A stretch of 64,000 nt of DNA from a virus. Lineage: Duplodnaviria; Caudoviricetes. Location of the stretch: the IMG/VR virus record IMGVR_UViG_2627853746_000004, positions 15,274-79,273 of that record. One strand, 5' to 3'. This document shows, piece by piece, positions 18,282 to 29,017 of the stretch (its first letter is position 1; each line of letters begins with the position of its first letter). Under the pieces are notes generated by a model. It saw only the letters and a program-made list of their open reading frames with translations, did not search any database and was not told where the DNA came from. The position numbers and the translations under genes were made by a program.

Positions 18282-19736
18282 TTGAATAATAAAGTTAGTG
18301 AAAATAAACGAATGGACGTATTTAAAAAGCGAATTACTGTATACCGAAAGAGTCCAAAAACATTCTTCAAAGAGATTCTTAACTTTACTCCGGATCAATG
18401 GCAAGAAGAGGTTTCAAATGATATAGCGAACAACAGGTTCGTCACCGTCAGATCAGGCCAAGGAGTTGGTAAGACTGCTCTTGAAGCAGCTATTGCCTTA
18501 TGGTTCCTCTGTTGCTTCCCATATCCCCGAGTGGTTTGTACAGCACCTACAAGGCAGCAGCTAAACGATGTCCTTTGGGCTGAAATCAGTAAGTGGCAAT
18601 CCAAGAGTCCGATACTAAAACGAATTCTTAAGTGGACCAAAACCAAGGTATACATGAAGAACCATGAGGAACGTTGGTTCGCCACAGCCCGGACAGCAAC
18701 AAAGCCAGAGAACATGCAGGGCTTCCATGAGGACTACATGCTTTTCATAGTAGACGAAGCATCAGGGGTAGAGGATCGAATCATGGCTGCAATATTCGGT
18801 ACGCTATCCGGTGAATATAATAAGCTCTTCATGTGTGGGAACCCAACTAAAACGAGTGGGTTCTTTTTTGATTCTCACAATAGGGACAGAGCTATTTATA
18901 AAACGCATCAGGTGTCATGCCTTGATAGTCCGCGCACCAGCAAAGAAAACATTGAAATGCTCAAGCGTAAGTATGGCGAGGGCAGTGACGTTTATCGCGT
19001 TCGTGTGCAGGGGCAGTTCCCACGCGGTGAGGCCGGCACATTCATAACGCTTGAAGCTGCGGAGCATGCAGCCAAAGAGGTGCAGATTAAAGCGACTGGA
19101 ACAACATTGGTTGTCGGGGTAGACGTTGCCCGTTACGGTGATGATGAAACAGCAATGTATGCAGGCATCGGTAAGAAAACTGTTGGACAGCATAGCCACT
19201 TCAAAGAAAGCACTATGGTTACTGTAGGAAATGCTATTCTTTTGGCGAAAGATATGCTGCTGCAGCATCCAGAAGTTGAACACGTAAAGTTCAATGTCGA
19301 TGATACCGGGGTTGGCGGCGGCGTTACAGATCGTCTTATTGAAGTGATTAACGAAGAAGGTTATGGCTGGGAGGTGGTGCCGGTCAACAATGGATCATCA
19401 TCTTTGGATGAGTATTGCGCTAACCTGGTCACAGAGATGTGGCAGTCTATCAGAACGGACTTGGAAACCAATCTAACCAACTTCATAAACGGAGAACCTG
19501 GAGTTATGCAACTACCGGACGATGATACCTTAATTTCACAACTGGCTACTCGCAAATGGCGAATGACCTCGAAAGGGAAGATGATCCTGGAAAGCAAGGA
19601 TGATATGAAGAAGCGAGGACTCAAATCACCTGATAGAGCCGATGCTTATGTTTTGACATTTGGAGAATTCATGGTTGAAGCACCGGAAAACATTATGCTG
19701 CCGACCATTGGTGGTGTAACCATTAGAAGGCATTAA
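18282..19736 (+). CDS. terL: Terminase large subunit
   Basis: RSGQGVGKT, FIVDEA, GNPT, nuclease GVDVARYGDD, SPDRADA. Confidence 0.95.
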   Translation: MNNKVSENKRMDVFKKRITVYRKSPKTFFKEILNFTPDQWQEEVSNDIANNRFVTVRSGQGVGKTALEAAIALWFLCCFPYPRVVCTAPTRQQLNDVLWAEISKWQSKSPILKRILKWTKTKVYMKNHEERWFATARTATKPENMQGFHEDYMLFIVDEASGVEDRIMAAIFGTLSGEYNKLFMCGNPTKTSGFFFDSHNRDRAIYKTHQVSCLDSPRTSKENIEMLKRKYGEGSDVYRVRVQGQFPRGEAGTFITLEAAEHAAKEVQIKATGTTLVVGVDVARYGDDETAMYAGIGKKTVGQHSHFKESTMVTVGNAILLAKDMLLQHPEVEHVKFNVDDTGVGGGVTDRLIEVINEEGYGWEVVPVNNGSSSLDEYCANLVTEMWQSIRTDLETNLTNFINGEPGVMQLPDDDTLISQLATRKWRMTSKGKMILESKDDMKKRGLKSPDRADAYVLTFGEFMVEAPENIMLPTIGGVTIRRH

Positions 19737-19881
19737 ACTTCTAGATACTTCACGGAGTTCAAACTTATAAGCTTTTTATACTAATGCAAATAATGCATCC
19801 TGCCGAAAAAAGTAATAGGAAAAGATTGTTAGTTCGACTGTTAGTCTATTTGCTAAAATGAAAAGATGAGGGGTCTGTATA

Positions 19882-20982
19882 GTGGAATTTACGCTAGCAA
19901 AGAAAGAAAAAAAGAAACGCCTTAATAAAGTAACTTGGGTCATGTTATTTATCATGATCATGCTCGTTTTATTTCGCTTTATCCCAGTAGAGCCCTATGC
20001 AGCACATGGATTAGGTGATTTAGAAGACACCAGTAAAATAGTTCAAATAAAGGAACTTCATATTCAAGACAGAGGAGCACATTTAGAGCCGTTTTATTAT
20101 ACGACAGTCAGGACAAGATACTTCGATAATCTTCTTGAAAAGATGTACTCATATTCACTAAAACATCGTACTGAGGAGCGTGTTAATCTTCCTACTAAAA
20201 ATGGTCACGTTCCTCTGGAAACTTTTCCTGGGCTATCTGCAGAGGACGACCTGCAATATTCAATATCATTGAAATGGGATTCAGTTAATAATATCACTTC
20301 AATAGCTTTAAAATATGCTGGATATACATCAGCATTTCATGAAAAGGTTGAGATTACCAATGTTTTTGATAATTTCGAGGCTGCAAAGTTTCTTAAATTA
20401 CACGATGAGATCCTTTCATTTAACCATCAATCAATTAATAGTGTTGAAGACGTTGTGAACGCACCTAAAAATGTTAAATTGGGAGATACTGTTCCAATCA
20501 CTATCAATAGGGAGGGTAAAAAAGTAGAGTTTGCATTAACATATGCACAAACAGACGAAAGCGGTAAACCAATAATCGGTTTTCAATCCGGTATTATGCG
20601 TTATTATGATGATTTTGATATTAATAAACTGGTCGCGTTCCCTGAATCTTTATCAGGAGATTCCGCAGGAATGATGATCAGCCTTCAACTCATTCAATCA
20701 ATAACCGGAGAAGATCTAACCAAAGGATATAAAATTGGGGGAACTGGTACCATAAATGCTGATGAGACCATTGGTGAAATTGGAAGCATGCCTCTAAAAA
20801 TTAGAACAGCAGTAGAAGATAAGGCTGATATCTATCTTGTTCCAAAATCAAGTAATAATGATGAACAAAATGAATTTGAAGCTTTGAAAACGAAAGTGGA
20901 AATAAAAACTGATCTTAAGATTGTTCCTGTTGAGAATCTTCAAGAAGCTCTTGAGTTTTTACGTTCATTGTCTCCAAAATGA
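19882..20982 (+). CDS. Membrane-anchored PDZ + Lon-type (S16) protease, YlbL-like
   Basis: N-terminal TM; PDZ (LKLHDEILSFN...ITINREGK); catalytic SGDSAG and GTGTI...IGEIGSMPLK. Confidence 0.85.
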   Translation: MEFTLAKKEKKKRLNKVTWVMLFIMIMLVLFRFIPVEPYAAHGLGDLEDTSKIVQIKELHIQDRGAHLEPFYYTTVRTRYFDNLLEKMYSYSLKHRTEERVNLPTKNGHVPLETFPGLSAEDDLQYSISLKWDSVNNITSIALKYAGYTSAFHEKVEITNVFDNFEAAKFLKLHDEILSFNHQSINSVEDVVNAPKNVKLGDTVPITINREGKKVEFALTYAQTDESGKPIIGFQSGIMRYYDDFDINKLVAFPESLSGDSAGMMISLQLIQSITGEDLTKGYKIGGTGTINADETIGEIGSMPLKIRTAVEDKADIYLVPKSSNNDEQNEFEALKTKVEIKTDLKIVPVENLQEALEFLRSLSPK

Positions 20983-21128
20983 AATAATTTAAAATTCCTA
21001 CAAAATGATGTAGATGAAAAATAGAAGGCTGGGGTTACCCTACCTTCTATTTTTTGTCTAATCGTTTGATGCTTCCTAGTTTTGGAGGTGTTACAATCAG
21101 AGGAGGATAAAATTAACAAGGAGAGAAT

Positions 21129-21821
21129 ATGATGACAAAAAAAGTTTCTTATTTAGAAGAAGGATCAAATACATTCAAGTATGCTGAAGTTAATGCTTTC
21201 TCTAAGGTATGCCCTTATTGTGATTTAGGTGTTGATGTTGTAAGTAGAGAAGGCTATCTAATTGAAGATACTTTGCAAATATTATTTATTTGTCCACGAA
21301 ACGAGTGTAGACAAGCGTTTATAGGCGTATATAAAAAAATACTGGTAAAGGACCCCATTAAACCAGTGGATTATGTACTGGTTAGGACTGAACCACAAAT
21401 AAAGTACATAAAAAAAGACATTGATACGAGAATTATGAGTATATCACCTGTATTCGCTACAATTTTCTCAGAAGCAGGAGAGGCAGAGGCACTTAATTTA
21501 GAAAATATTGCTGGTATGGGTTATAGGAAGTCGCTTGAATTTCTAATAAAAGATTACCTGATATCTAAAAATATTGAAGATAGAGAAAATATTGAACGCA
21601 AGAGTTTAGGACAATGCATTAATCAGGATATTGATAATCCAAATATAAAGAGTATGGCTGCAAGGGCTGCTTGGTTAGGTAACGATGAAACACATTATTC
21701 AAGAAAACATGCATCAATGTCTATAATTGATTTGAAATTATTGATTGAAGCGACTCAGTATTGGATTCTTATGGAACTAATAAAAGATGAATATCAAAGC
21801 AAACTTCCTAATGCTAGATAA
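21129..21821 (+). CDS. DUF4145 (HEPN-like) protein
   Basis: CPYC...CPRNEC; AGMGYRKSLEFLIKDY; WLGNDETHY. Confidence 0.75.
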   Translation: MMTKKVSYLEEGSNTFKYAEVNAFSKVCPYCDLGVDVVSREGYLIEDTLQILFICPRNECRQAFIGVYKKILVKDPIKPVDYVLVRTEPQIKYIKKDIDTRIMSISPVFATIFSEAGEAEALNLENIAGMGYRKSLEFLIKDYLISKNIEDRENIERKSLGQCINQDIDNPNIKSMAARAAWLGNDETHYSRKHASMSIIDLKLLIEATQYWILMELIKDEYQSKLPNAR

Positions 21822-21880
21822 AAAAATGATATAATGCATTTTTATGAACTTTATAATAACTTGAAAAACTTTATTGATAT

Positions 21881-22696
21881 ATGAACAAGCTGGAAATTAT
21901 TTATAAGATAGTAAAGTATCGGAGGATTTTGGGGGTGTTTTCTATTTATAACGAGCATATTTTAAAGGCTTTTGAAGAATTAAATATTCTAAGCCAAGCT
22001 AATGAAATTGTGGATATATTTAACCGACAAGAAAAATTATTTATAGCAAGGACAATCAAAAATGAAGAACATAAAGGATTTTTAGCGGCTATAGGGTACA
22101 TGTCTCATTTGTATTTGCAGAGTTCTTTATTCAGATCTCAGTGTTATATTTATGGATATATAACTTCCACAAATACGAATAATGTTTTAATGACAGCTCA
22201 ATCTACGAGAGCTCATTTAGAGATCACTTCTAGTTTGTTGTTTTACTTTTTTAAGTTGAAAAAGTATATAGCTGATCCGACAAATGAAGATTTAAAAAAT
22301 GAATTAAAAATTACGATCCAGAAATTGATGGCAGGCTCAAAAATAGTAATTACGGAAGACCGCGAAAAAATAGAAGCTATTAATGTTCTAACGATGATAT
22401 CACATGCTGATAAAGGTATTTTGGAATTTGGTGGGAATAATTCCTTGATGGAATACTATGGACTCCTTTCAGAGTTTTGCCATCCCAATTCATATTCATT
22501 AGTAATGGCTTCCAATATTTCTGAAGATAAAGTCATCGATTACAACACTCCATTCAAAACAATAAATTTAGAAGTGATGGCCTTATTTCATGAATCAATT
22601 TACTTTACATCTAAGTTGTTTATAGATTTCTTTGAAATGTTAAAAGAAATGTTAGGAAAAGCATTTTTGATACCGACAGTAGACGAAATAAATTAA
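21881..22696 (+). CDS. Hypothetical protein, possibly HEPN-like
   Basis: AT-rich ORF; RAHLE and LSEFCHPN motifs. Confidence 0.6.
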   Translation: MNKLEIIYKIVKYRRILGVFSIYNEHILKAFEELNILSQANEIVDIFNRQEKLFIARTIKNEEHKGFLAAIGYMSHLYLQSSLFRSQCYIYGYITSTNTNNVLMTAQSTRAHLEITSSLLFYFFKLKKYIADPTNEDLKNELKITIQKLMAGSKIVITEDREKIEAINVLTMISHADKGILEFGGNNSLMEYYGLLSEFCHPNSYSLVMASNISEDKVIDYNTPFKTINLEVMALFHESIYFTSKLFIDFFEMLKEMLGKAFLIPTVDEIN

Positions 22697-22858
22697 TGAA
22701 AATCCGTAGTAACCTAGTATTAAGCCAATGATATTATTAATCCATAGAAGTATGAACGAATACAGAAGGTCAGGAAATTTTTCCTGCCTTCTATTTTTAT
22801 GTCCAGGATACACAATAAACAAAAAGCCGCCACAATGGCGACTTAATGAGTACGTGAC

Positions 22859-23038
22859 TTATTTCTTGTGTTTTGTAGGGTCTACCAACTTGTAACCTTC
22901 TCCAGGCTTTTGGGTTGGAGGCAAAGGATTGCCTTTCGTTGAGGTCACTTCTCTTCCTTTGTCTCCACCTCTAGGACCTACTACGCTATATTGTCCTGAT
23001 TTAGGGGTAGGAGTGCCTGGTGTGAGTTTATCAGCCAT
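22859..23038 (-). CDS. YjzC family protein
   Basis: PGTPTPKSGQYSVVGPRGG...NPLPPTQKPG; SD AGGAGGTG. Confidence 0.85.
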   Translation of the reverse strand: MADKLTPGTPTPKSGQYSVVGPRGGDKGREVTSTKGNPLPPTQKPGEGYKLVDPTKHKK

Positions 23039-23128
23039 GTCATCACCTCCTTTAGACCTAATTCTTTCGACATAATAACAGTTATTTCCTTCTATTATTT
23101 GTGTTTTATTTGGAAAGGTGGTGAAAAC

Positions 23129-24589
23129 TTGAAGTGGTATCATAAAGCCATATATTCATTTGCTAATGCAGTCCTACCGGCATCCGTAAAGCGTCAGATG
23201 ATGGGTGTAGGCAGATCGACAATACCCAGCAATAACAATGCCTGGGGCATATTCAACTGGCTTCCGAAGAAGTACCAGAGGGCTCACAATATCGATCTGA
23301 CCAAACTACAGAGCTACACGGCTGAAGAGCTGCTGGAGCTGCTTATTTCCGTTCACCCAGACATTTCTCATGCTTTGTACACCTACTTGCGAATGGGAGA
23401 TACGCCACTGACTTTCACAGCTAAGAAGAAGACAGGCAGTGACGACAAGGCTGGACAACGGGCTCTGGATGAGATCAAAAGCATGCTTGAGACTCCTTTG
23501 CCGTCTCCAGGATATCAGCATGGACGGTCCTTGGATAAGTTGGACACGATTCAGCGCATGATGATCATGGTACGAGGGGCCTGTGCTGGTGAAGTGGTCC
23601 TGAATGAACGCTGCAATGATGTGATTGATATCGTGCCAGTAGATCCGGCGTTGATCTGGTTTCGCAGGGAGCCGGTCACGAATAGATTGGTGCCGTGGCA
23701 GTATGTCAAGAATCCCGGCAGCAGGCAGACAGGCGAAGAATGGTTCGGGCAGTATAAGAAGATCGACACACCGACATTCATTTATGAAGAGTTTGACCCG
23801 ATGGTTGATGATCCATATGGCCGGACCCCGTTCCTGCCGGTGCTACAAGTCGTATTCTTTCATCTGCAGGTGCTTCAGGATCTCAAGGCAGTCGTTCACA
23901 ACCAGGGCTATCCGCGACTGGATATTTCGATGCTGGAAGAAATTATGCTGAAGAATGTTCCGCCCCAGTACAAGAACAATCCTTCAGGTCAACAGGCTTG
24001 GCTCAAGGAACGAATGGATGAAATGCTCAACCATTTCAATTCACTCAATCCTGACGATGCCTTAGTCCATTGGGATAGCGTAAAGGTCGAATACCTGAAG
24101 GGCGGCAACAGCGGCCCGATGATCGATATCAAGAAGCTGATCGACATCATTGATACGCAAATGGCTACAGGACTAAAGACGCTGCTCACCCTGTTATCCA
24201 GGCATCAAGGTTCCACAGAGACATACAGCTCAGTGGATACCCAAATATATATCAAGTCCGTAGAGTCCGCCCGGAGCGTAACCAAACGTTTCTGGAAGCG
24301 GGCTTTTTCTATGGCGGTAAGAGTGCGTGGAGTGCAGACACAGGTTGAAGCTGACTATGCTCTGATTGACTTACGTTCTGAAATGGAACGTGAGCGTGAT
24401 CTACGGGCAAAGCTGAACAACTATGTGTTGGCTGAGAATAACTTCTACATCACTCCAGAAGAAGCAGCCAGTGAAGCTCGTTGGATAATGGGGCTTGACC
24501 CGAAAATTCCGGCTGAGTTGTTGCCGAAACTTGAAAAGAAACACGAACCCGAGCCGAACGAACAGATTCCACCGAATGGAGGTGAATAG
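23129..24589 (+). CDS. Portal protein
   Basis: Position before head genes, size, DPYGRTPF motif; TTG start after SD GGTGGTG. Confidence 0.8.
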   Translation: MKWYHKAIYSFANAVLPASVKRQMMGVGRSTIPSNNNAWGIFNWLPKKYQRAHNIDLTKLQSYTAEELLELLISVHPDISHALYTYLRMGDTPLTFTAKKKTGSDDKAGQRALDEIKSMLETPLPSPGYQHGRSLDKLDTIQRMMIMVRGACAGEVVLNERCNDVIDIVPVDPALIWFRREPVTNRLVPWQYVKNPGSRQTGEEWFGQYKKIDTPTFIYEEFDPMVDDPYGRTPFLPVLQVVFFHLQVLQDLKAVVHNQGYPRLDISMLEEIMLKNVPPQYKNNPSGQQAWLKERMDEMLNHFNSLNPDDALVHWDSVKVEYLKGGNSGPMIDIKKLIDIIDTQMATGLKTLLTLLSRHQGSTETYSSVDTQIYIKSVESARSVTKRFWKRAFSMAVRVRGVQTQVEADYALIDLRSEMERERDLRAKLNNYVLAENNFYITPEEAASEARWIMGLDPKIPAELLPKLEKKHEPEPNEQIPPNGGE

Positions 24590-24594
24590 CCAAT

Positions 24595-24807
24595 ATGCAA
24601 CCAACAGTAGGACGTGTTGTACATTACCAAAGCTACGGTACGCCGGGCGGTGAGTTTAAAAGTGAACCGAGAGCGGCAATCATCACTCAGGTTCACAATG
24701 CAACATGCGTTGATTTGTGCGTACTTAACCCAACAGGATTGTTCTTCAACCAAAACGTTGTTCAGGGCCAAGACGGTGGCAAATGGGATTGGCCTGCAAG
24801 AGTTTAA
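24595..24807 (+). CDS. Small phage head-region protein
   Basis: PTVGRVVHY...RAAIIT motif; SD GGAGGTG. Confidence 0.65.
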   Translation: MQPTVGRVVHYQSYGTPGGEFKSEPRAAIITQVHNATCVDLCVLNPTGLFFNQNVVQGQDGGKWDWPARV

Positions 24808-24879
24808 TCTGAGGCGCCAAGGCGCGAGAGGTGATCCCATATCTAATTTTCATTACGAGAGGGAGGTGAGTATAAGTAA

Positions 24880-26184
24880 ATGGCAAAACCGACAGCTGAG
24901 CAATTGGCGAAGATTAATCAGAAAGCCCTAGTATCTCTTACTGATGAACAAGTCAATGTCTTTCAGGCTAGGATTATCGGAACCAAGCGGATAGAGAAGT
25001 ACATGATGAAGGTAACTCCAAATTTCCTTCGGAAAATGGCCGATCAAGTTAAAGAAGGGGTCGCCTTACTGGTAGATCATCCTTGGCAAAAGTGGGATGC
25101 CTTATCATTTCCTTATGGACGGACCTTTGACAGCAAGATTGTTGAAGAAGGCGGCGAACTGGAACTATACGGCGACCACTACATGGCAAAAGGCCTTGAA
25201 GCTAACGGTATCTCGACAGACCAACTGGCTATAGGCATTGATGCAGGTACAATCTTTGATACGTCAGCCGGGTTTGTTTCCACGAAACACACTTGCAGTA
25301 TCTGCGGCGGGGATTATTTCAGAGGTTCGGAATGCTCTCATATGAGAGGCCAAGAGTACGAAGGTAAGGAATGCCTTGTCCTCGCTGATGATGGATACAT
25401 CATGGAGAACTCTATTGTGTTTGACGGTGGCTATGAGGGAGCTGGGATAACTCGCGGATCTCTATCAACAAAACCTCATGCTGAGGCAGATGATCAACAG
25501 CAAACTGAATACGAACCACTTCCCTTAGATGCGAAGTCGCTGAATGGCGATGGACGCGTCTTTTATTTTTTCAGCAACAAAGGCGGCATGAATGCTTTTG
25601 TATCCAAACAGCACCAAACATTAGAACAGGCCAAGATACAGGCCGAAGGAGATGACACTGTGACAGAAGAACAAAAGGCTGCTTTAGCAGCAGCGCAAAC
25701 CCAAGCAACTGCACTGGCGGCTGCAAATGGTGTACTCGGACAAATCCGGGTGGCACTCGGTGTAGAAAACGATGCTGATATCCAGGCGAAGCTTACGGCG
25801 CTAAGCGCTCAGGCCGCAGATGGTGCAGCATATAAGGTCAAGGTTACTGAACAAGCCTGCGGAGCCGGTGTCCGGGCATTGGGTGATGCATTCAACGTTG
25901 AAGCAATGAAAACAGCGCTGTCCCATCTACCGGTATCTGAGATTGAGAAGATCAACGCTACTTATGAAGCACAGGCACAAGCTGCATTGGGTGGCGGTGG
26001 TCGCCACACCGAGGGCGATAATCTTGATCTTCCAGCAGGGGCGGCGAATGGAACACCACCTGCGAATGCACAGGCAAACGGCGCTCAGAAAACACCGGAA
26101 CAGTTGAGAGAAGCGGCCAAGGCAGAAGCTCGGGCATCACTCTCTAAGACTGGATACGGCGGAATTATGAAGGAGGCGAAATAA
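24880..26184 (+). CDS. Prohead protease/scaffold fusion
   Basis: LVDHPW, DTSAG, CSICG...CSH, ENSIV; Ala-rich C-terminal scaffold. Confidence 0.75.
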   Translation: MAKPTAEQLAKINQKALVSLTDEQVNVFQARIIGTKRIEKYMMKVTPNFLRKMADQVKEGVALLVDHPWQKWDALSFPYGRTFDSKIVEEGGELELYGDHYMAKGLEANGISTDQLAIGIDAGTIFDTSAGFVSTKHTCSICGGDYFRGSECSHMRGQEYEGKECLVLADDGYIMENSIVFDGGYEGAGITRGSLSTKPHAEADDQQQTEYEPLPLDAKSLNGDGRVFYFFSNKGGMNAFVSKQHQTLEQAKIQAEGDDTVTEEQKAALAAAQTQATALAAANGVLGQIRVALGVENDADIQAKLTALSAQAADGAAYKVKVTEQACGAGVRALGDAFNVEAMKTALSHLPVSEIEKINATYEAQAQAALGGGGRHTEGDNLDLPAGAANGTPPANAQANGAQKTPEQLREAAKAEARASLSKTGYGGIMKEAK

Positions 26185-26187
26185 CGT

Positions 26188-26568
26188 ATGAACGGAACTA
26201 ATTACGGCGGATATCCCGGCCCAGGACAAATGTTTACACAGGAGTTCACAGAGGTCCTGCTTTCAACGGATCTCCAAGCGAAACTGCCAGGCGGAATCCT
26301 TTTGAAACAAGGTCAAGGCATTGTCAAAAAAGGGACAATCATAGGCAGGATTTCAACAGCCGGAGCAGACAAAGACAAAGCGGTGGCTTACAGTTCGGCC
26401 GCAACCAATGGATCAGAAGTTGCTCTGTGCATCCTTGATAACGACCAGGATACAACGCTTACTGACATGCCGGCTTCGGCATGGATTGCCGGTATTTTTG
26501 ATTCAGCAAAATTGACAGGTCTTGATGCTGATGCAAAAGCAGCACTCAAGCTCTGCTACTTCGGTTAA
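26188..26568 (+). CDS. Head decoration protein
   Basis: GTIIGRI...NGSEVALCIL...AGIFD; lies between protease and capsid genes. Confidence 0.75.
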   Translation: MNGTNYGGYPGPGQMFTQEFTEVLLSTDLQAKLPGGILLKQGQGIVKKGTIIGRISTAGADKDKAVAYSSAATNGSEVALCILDNDQDTTLTDMPASAWIAGIFDSAKLTGLDADAKAALKLCYFG

Positions 26569-26582
26569 GGGAGGAAAAACAA

Positions 26583-27596
26583 TTGCCAAACGTACTTGAT
26601 CCATACTACCAAACTGAGGTAGTACAGAATATCCGCACGGATATCAACTCCTTCCGTGGAGCGCAACTGCTTACTGGTGGCGTTGAACTCAAAACGGAAA
26701 CCAGTCTTACCATTGAATATGACATTGTCAATGACGATACCGGCATGACACCACCTACTCAAATGAATGATCCATCGCCTATCCACTCTGCACCACCGAT
26801 TGGTCACATGAATTTCACCAACCAGGAATGGCGTGAAAAAGCTATCATTGATCGTGAGAAGATTGCAAAGCTTCGCAAGCCTGGTGGTCCATTGGATGAA
26901 CTCTGGGGCGAAGAATACATGGTTGAACAACTGGTCAATCTGAATGGCCGTCTGGAAACACGTTTCGAGTGGATGCGATGGAAGCCACTCTCGGGAACTC
27001 TTGTAATCCCAGCGACCAAAACTATGCCTTCAAGAACGATTGATTACAAAGTTCCTGCTGCAAACAAACCAACGGCCGCGACTCTTTGGAGCAACTTGGC
27101 TGCTGCTGATCCATTGTCTGATTTGGACCTTTGGAAGTTGCTATTCCGTGGAACCGGTGCAAGACCATATGGTTTCTTCGTAAATCAGAAGACAGACAAC
27201 CTTTTGAAGCAGAATGCAAAAATCCGCGACTTGCTGAGAACACAGTATGGCCGTGATCTTATTGCTGCTGATTCATTGTCGTTCATCATTAAACAGCAGT
27301 TGGGCGGCTTGACGTATGAGGTTTATGACAGTGGATACATTGACGATGCCGGTAACTTCCAGCCATTCATTCCGGACGGCGTTGCAATTATGGTAGGTCA
27401 AGGCATGACCGGAAACATGATGGACTTGGTAACAAGCCCTAATAACTACGAGGACATTTTCAACGGCCATGTTGGCAAGTTTGCATTGACGAAAGAAATC
27501 GGTGATGATCCAAAACAATGGACCATCGTTAATGGTGCTACCGTGCTGCCTCGTATGCGTCATACAAACTGGCATGTTTACGCGACTATCGCGTAA
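26583..27596 (+). CDS. Major capsid protein (lambda gpE-like)
   Basis: RFEWM, IDYKVP, W....ADPLSDL, DDP...ATVLP. Confidence 0.88.
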   Translation: MPNVLDPYYQTEVVQNIRTDINSFRGAQLLTGGVELKTETSLTIEYDIVNDDTGMTPPTQMNDPSPIHSAPPIGHMNFTNQEWREKAIIDREKIAKLRKPGGPLDELWGEEYMVEQLVNLNGRLETRFEWMRWKPLSGTLVIPATKTMPSRTIDYKVPAANKPTAATLWSNLAAADPLSDLDLWKLLFRGTGARPYGFFVNQKTDNLLKQNAKIRDLLRTQYGRDLIAADSLSFIIKQQLGGLTYEVYDSGYIDDAGNFQPFIPDGVAIMVGQGMTGNMMDLVTSPNNYEDIFNGHVGKFALTKEIGDDPKQWTIVNGATVLPRMRHTNWHVYATIA

Positions 27597-27610
27597 GGAA
27601 GGAGGTTAAC

Positions 27611-28021
27611 ATGACCATTGTAAGAATACTGAATGGATACGTGGGCGGTTGGGCTCCGGGGGATATCGTAAAAGATGCCCCCGAAGGTCTTATTGAAATT
27701 GCTCGGGATGGAGTTAAAAACCTAGCAACTGGTGAACTCATTGCCGAGATTATCGAAGGCGACTCAAATGGTTCAGGAGATACATCGGAGAGAGAACAGC
27801 AGCTGCAAATCGAGTTGAACGAATCCAAGAATCGTGAAGCTGAGTTGTTAGCTCAAATTGCCGAACTACAATCCAAGTCTGATAACGGAGAAGCTGACGA
27901 TGAAGTGAAAGAATTGAAGGCAACGGCTAAGGAGTTGAAAATCCCTGGCTATACCAAAATGGACGCTGAAGAGTTGAAGAAGGCTATCAGCGCTGCCGGT
28001 GGTGACGGTGATGGCAAATAA
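27611..28021 (+). CDS. Head-associated protein with Rho_N-like C-terminus
   Basis: ELKATAKELKIPGYTKMDAEELKKAI. Confidence 0.65.
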   Translation: MTIVRILNGYVGGWAPGDIVKDAPEGLIEIARDGVKNLATGELIAEIIEGDSNGSGDTSEREQQLQIELNESKNREAELLAQIAELQSKSDNGEADDEVKELKATAKELKIPGYTKMDAEELKKAISAAGGDGDGK

Positions 28022-28448
28022 GATCCTCACTACGGAAACGTACCACGAGGAAATAAGAGGGCGTCTAGGAGTCGGTGAGGATGTAATATCCGATGCCGAT
28101 ATAGACGCCCTTTCTGTTTTAACTATTGCCGAAGCTAAGGTGATTGCAGCAGTGCCGGACTACGCCGAGTTGGTTGATGATGATAGGAACTATGTGTATG
28201 CAGCGGCTGTAACTATGGTCGCTGCTATGCTGGCTCCATCCATGACGGCCAGAATCGCCAAGTCCAAGAAAGACTTCGATTTCTCTATTGAGAATCAAGT
28301 TGTGGACTGGCGTGCATATGGAATCCAACTGGTTGACGATGCTTATGCACTGATTGATCTGATATCTACAGTTACACCGAGCGCTGATGCTCCGATATTC
28401 GGCGTTGCTGGTCCAACGCGATTCAAGGAAAGGTGGCGGAACTGCTAA
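28011..28448 (+). CDS. Head-tail adaptor (putative)
   Basis: Synteny and size. Confidence 0.55.
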   Translation: MANKILTTETYHEEIRGRLGVGEDVISDADIDALSVLTIAEAKVIAAVPDYAELVDDDRNYVYAAAVTMVAAMLAPSMTARIAKSKKDFDFSIENQVVDWRAYGIQLVDDAYALIDLISTVTPSADAPIFGVAGPTRFKERWRNC

Positions 28449-29017
28449 TGTTCAAACAATTTGCTCACCGCCATTCACCTTGTACTGTCAATGGATTGCC
28501 GGATGTCGTCATACTGTCCAGGGATACCCGAGCAACGACGATTGTCGGTAAGGAATACATGTATAATGGCGTGTTTGCGCCAACTTCCCCAGTGACTCCT
28601 GGAGACTTGATTGATAACGGGGACACGTTTCTTGTACAGACACTGCGTTTGACCACAGAGAGGGATAAATACTGTTCTTTAATCAAGACCAATGCAACAA
28701 TCACCGTACAGCGCTATTCGCAAGAATACGACGATAATGACAATCCTATCGGCGATGAAGAATATAGACCCATTGCCGAGAATGTTATCGCCTTTGCTCA
28801 ATACGTCACAGCGCGGCTTCGCCAGGATGATCCGGGCTTGCTGCCCTCCACATCATACACGTTGCAGTTACAAACAACGGTTGATATAAAAGATCCGCAA
28901 GATGCCATCCACCCCGATCAAGTCATTCTGCATGGCAAGGCATATCAGGTAGATGCCGTTGATGTGGTCAAATACCCCAATCTCCTGCATGTGCAGTTAT
29001 CGGACAGTGTCCGATGA
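28448..29017 (+). CDS. Head closure/stopper protein (putative)
   Basis: Synteny; beta-rich C-terminus. Confidence 0.5.
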   Translation: MFKQFAHRHSPCTVNGLPDVVILSRDTRATTIVGKEYMYNGVFAPTSPVTPGDLIDNGDTFLVQTLRLTTERDKYCSLIKTNATITVQRYSQEYDDNDNPIGDEEYRPIAENVIAFAQYVTARLRQDDPGLLPSTSYTLQLQTTVDIKDPQDAIHPDQVILHGKAYQVDAVDVVKYPNLLHVQLSDSVR

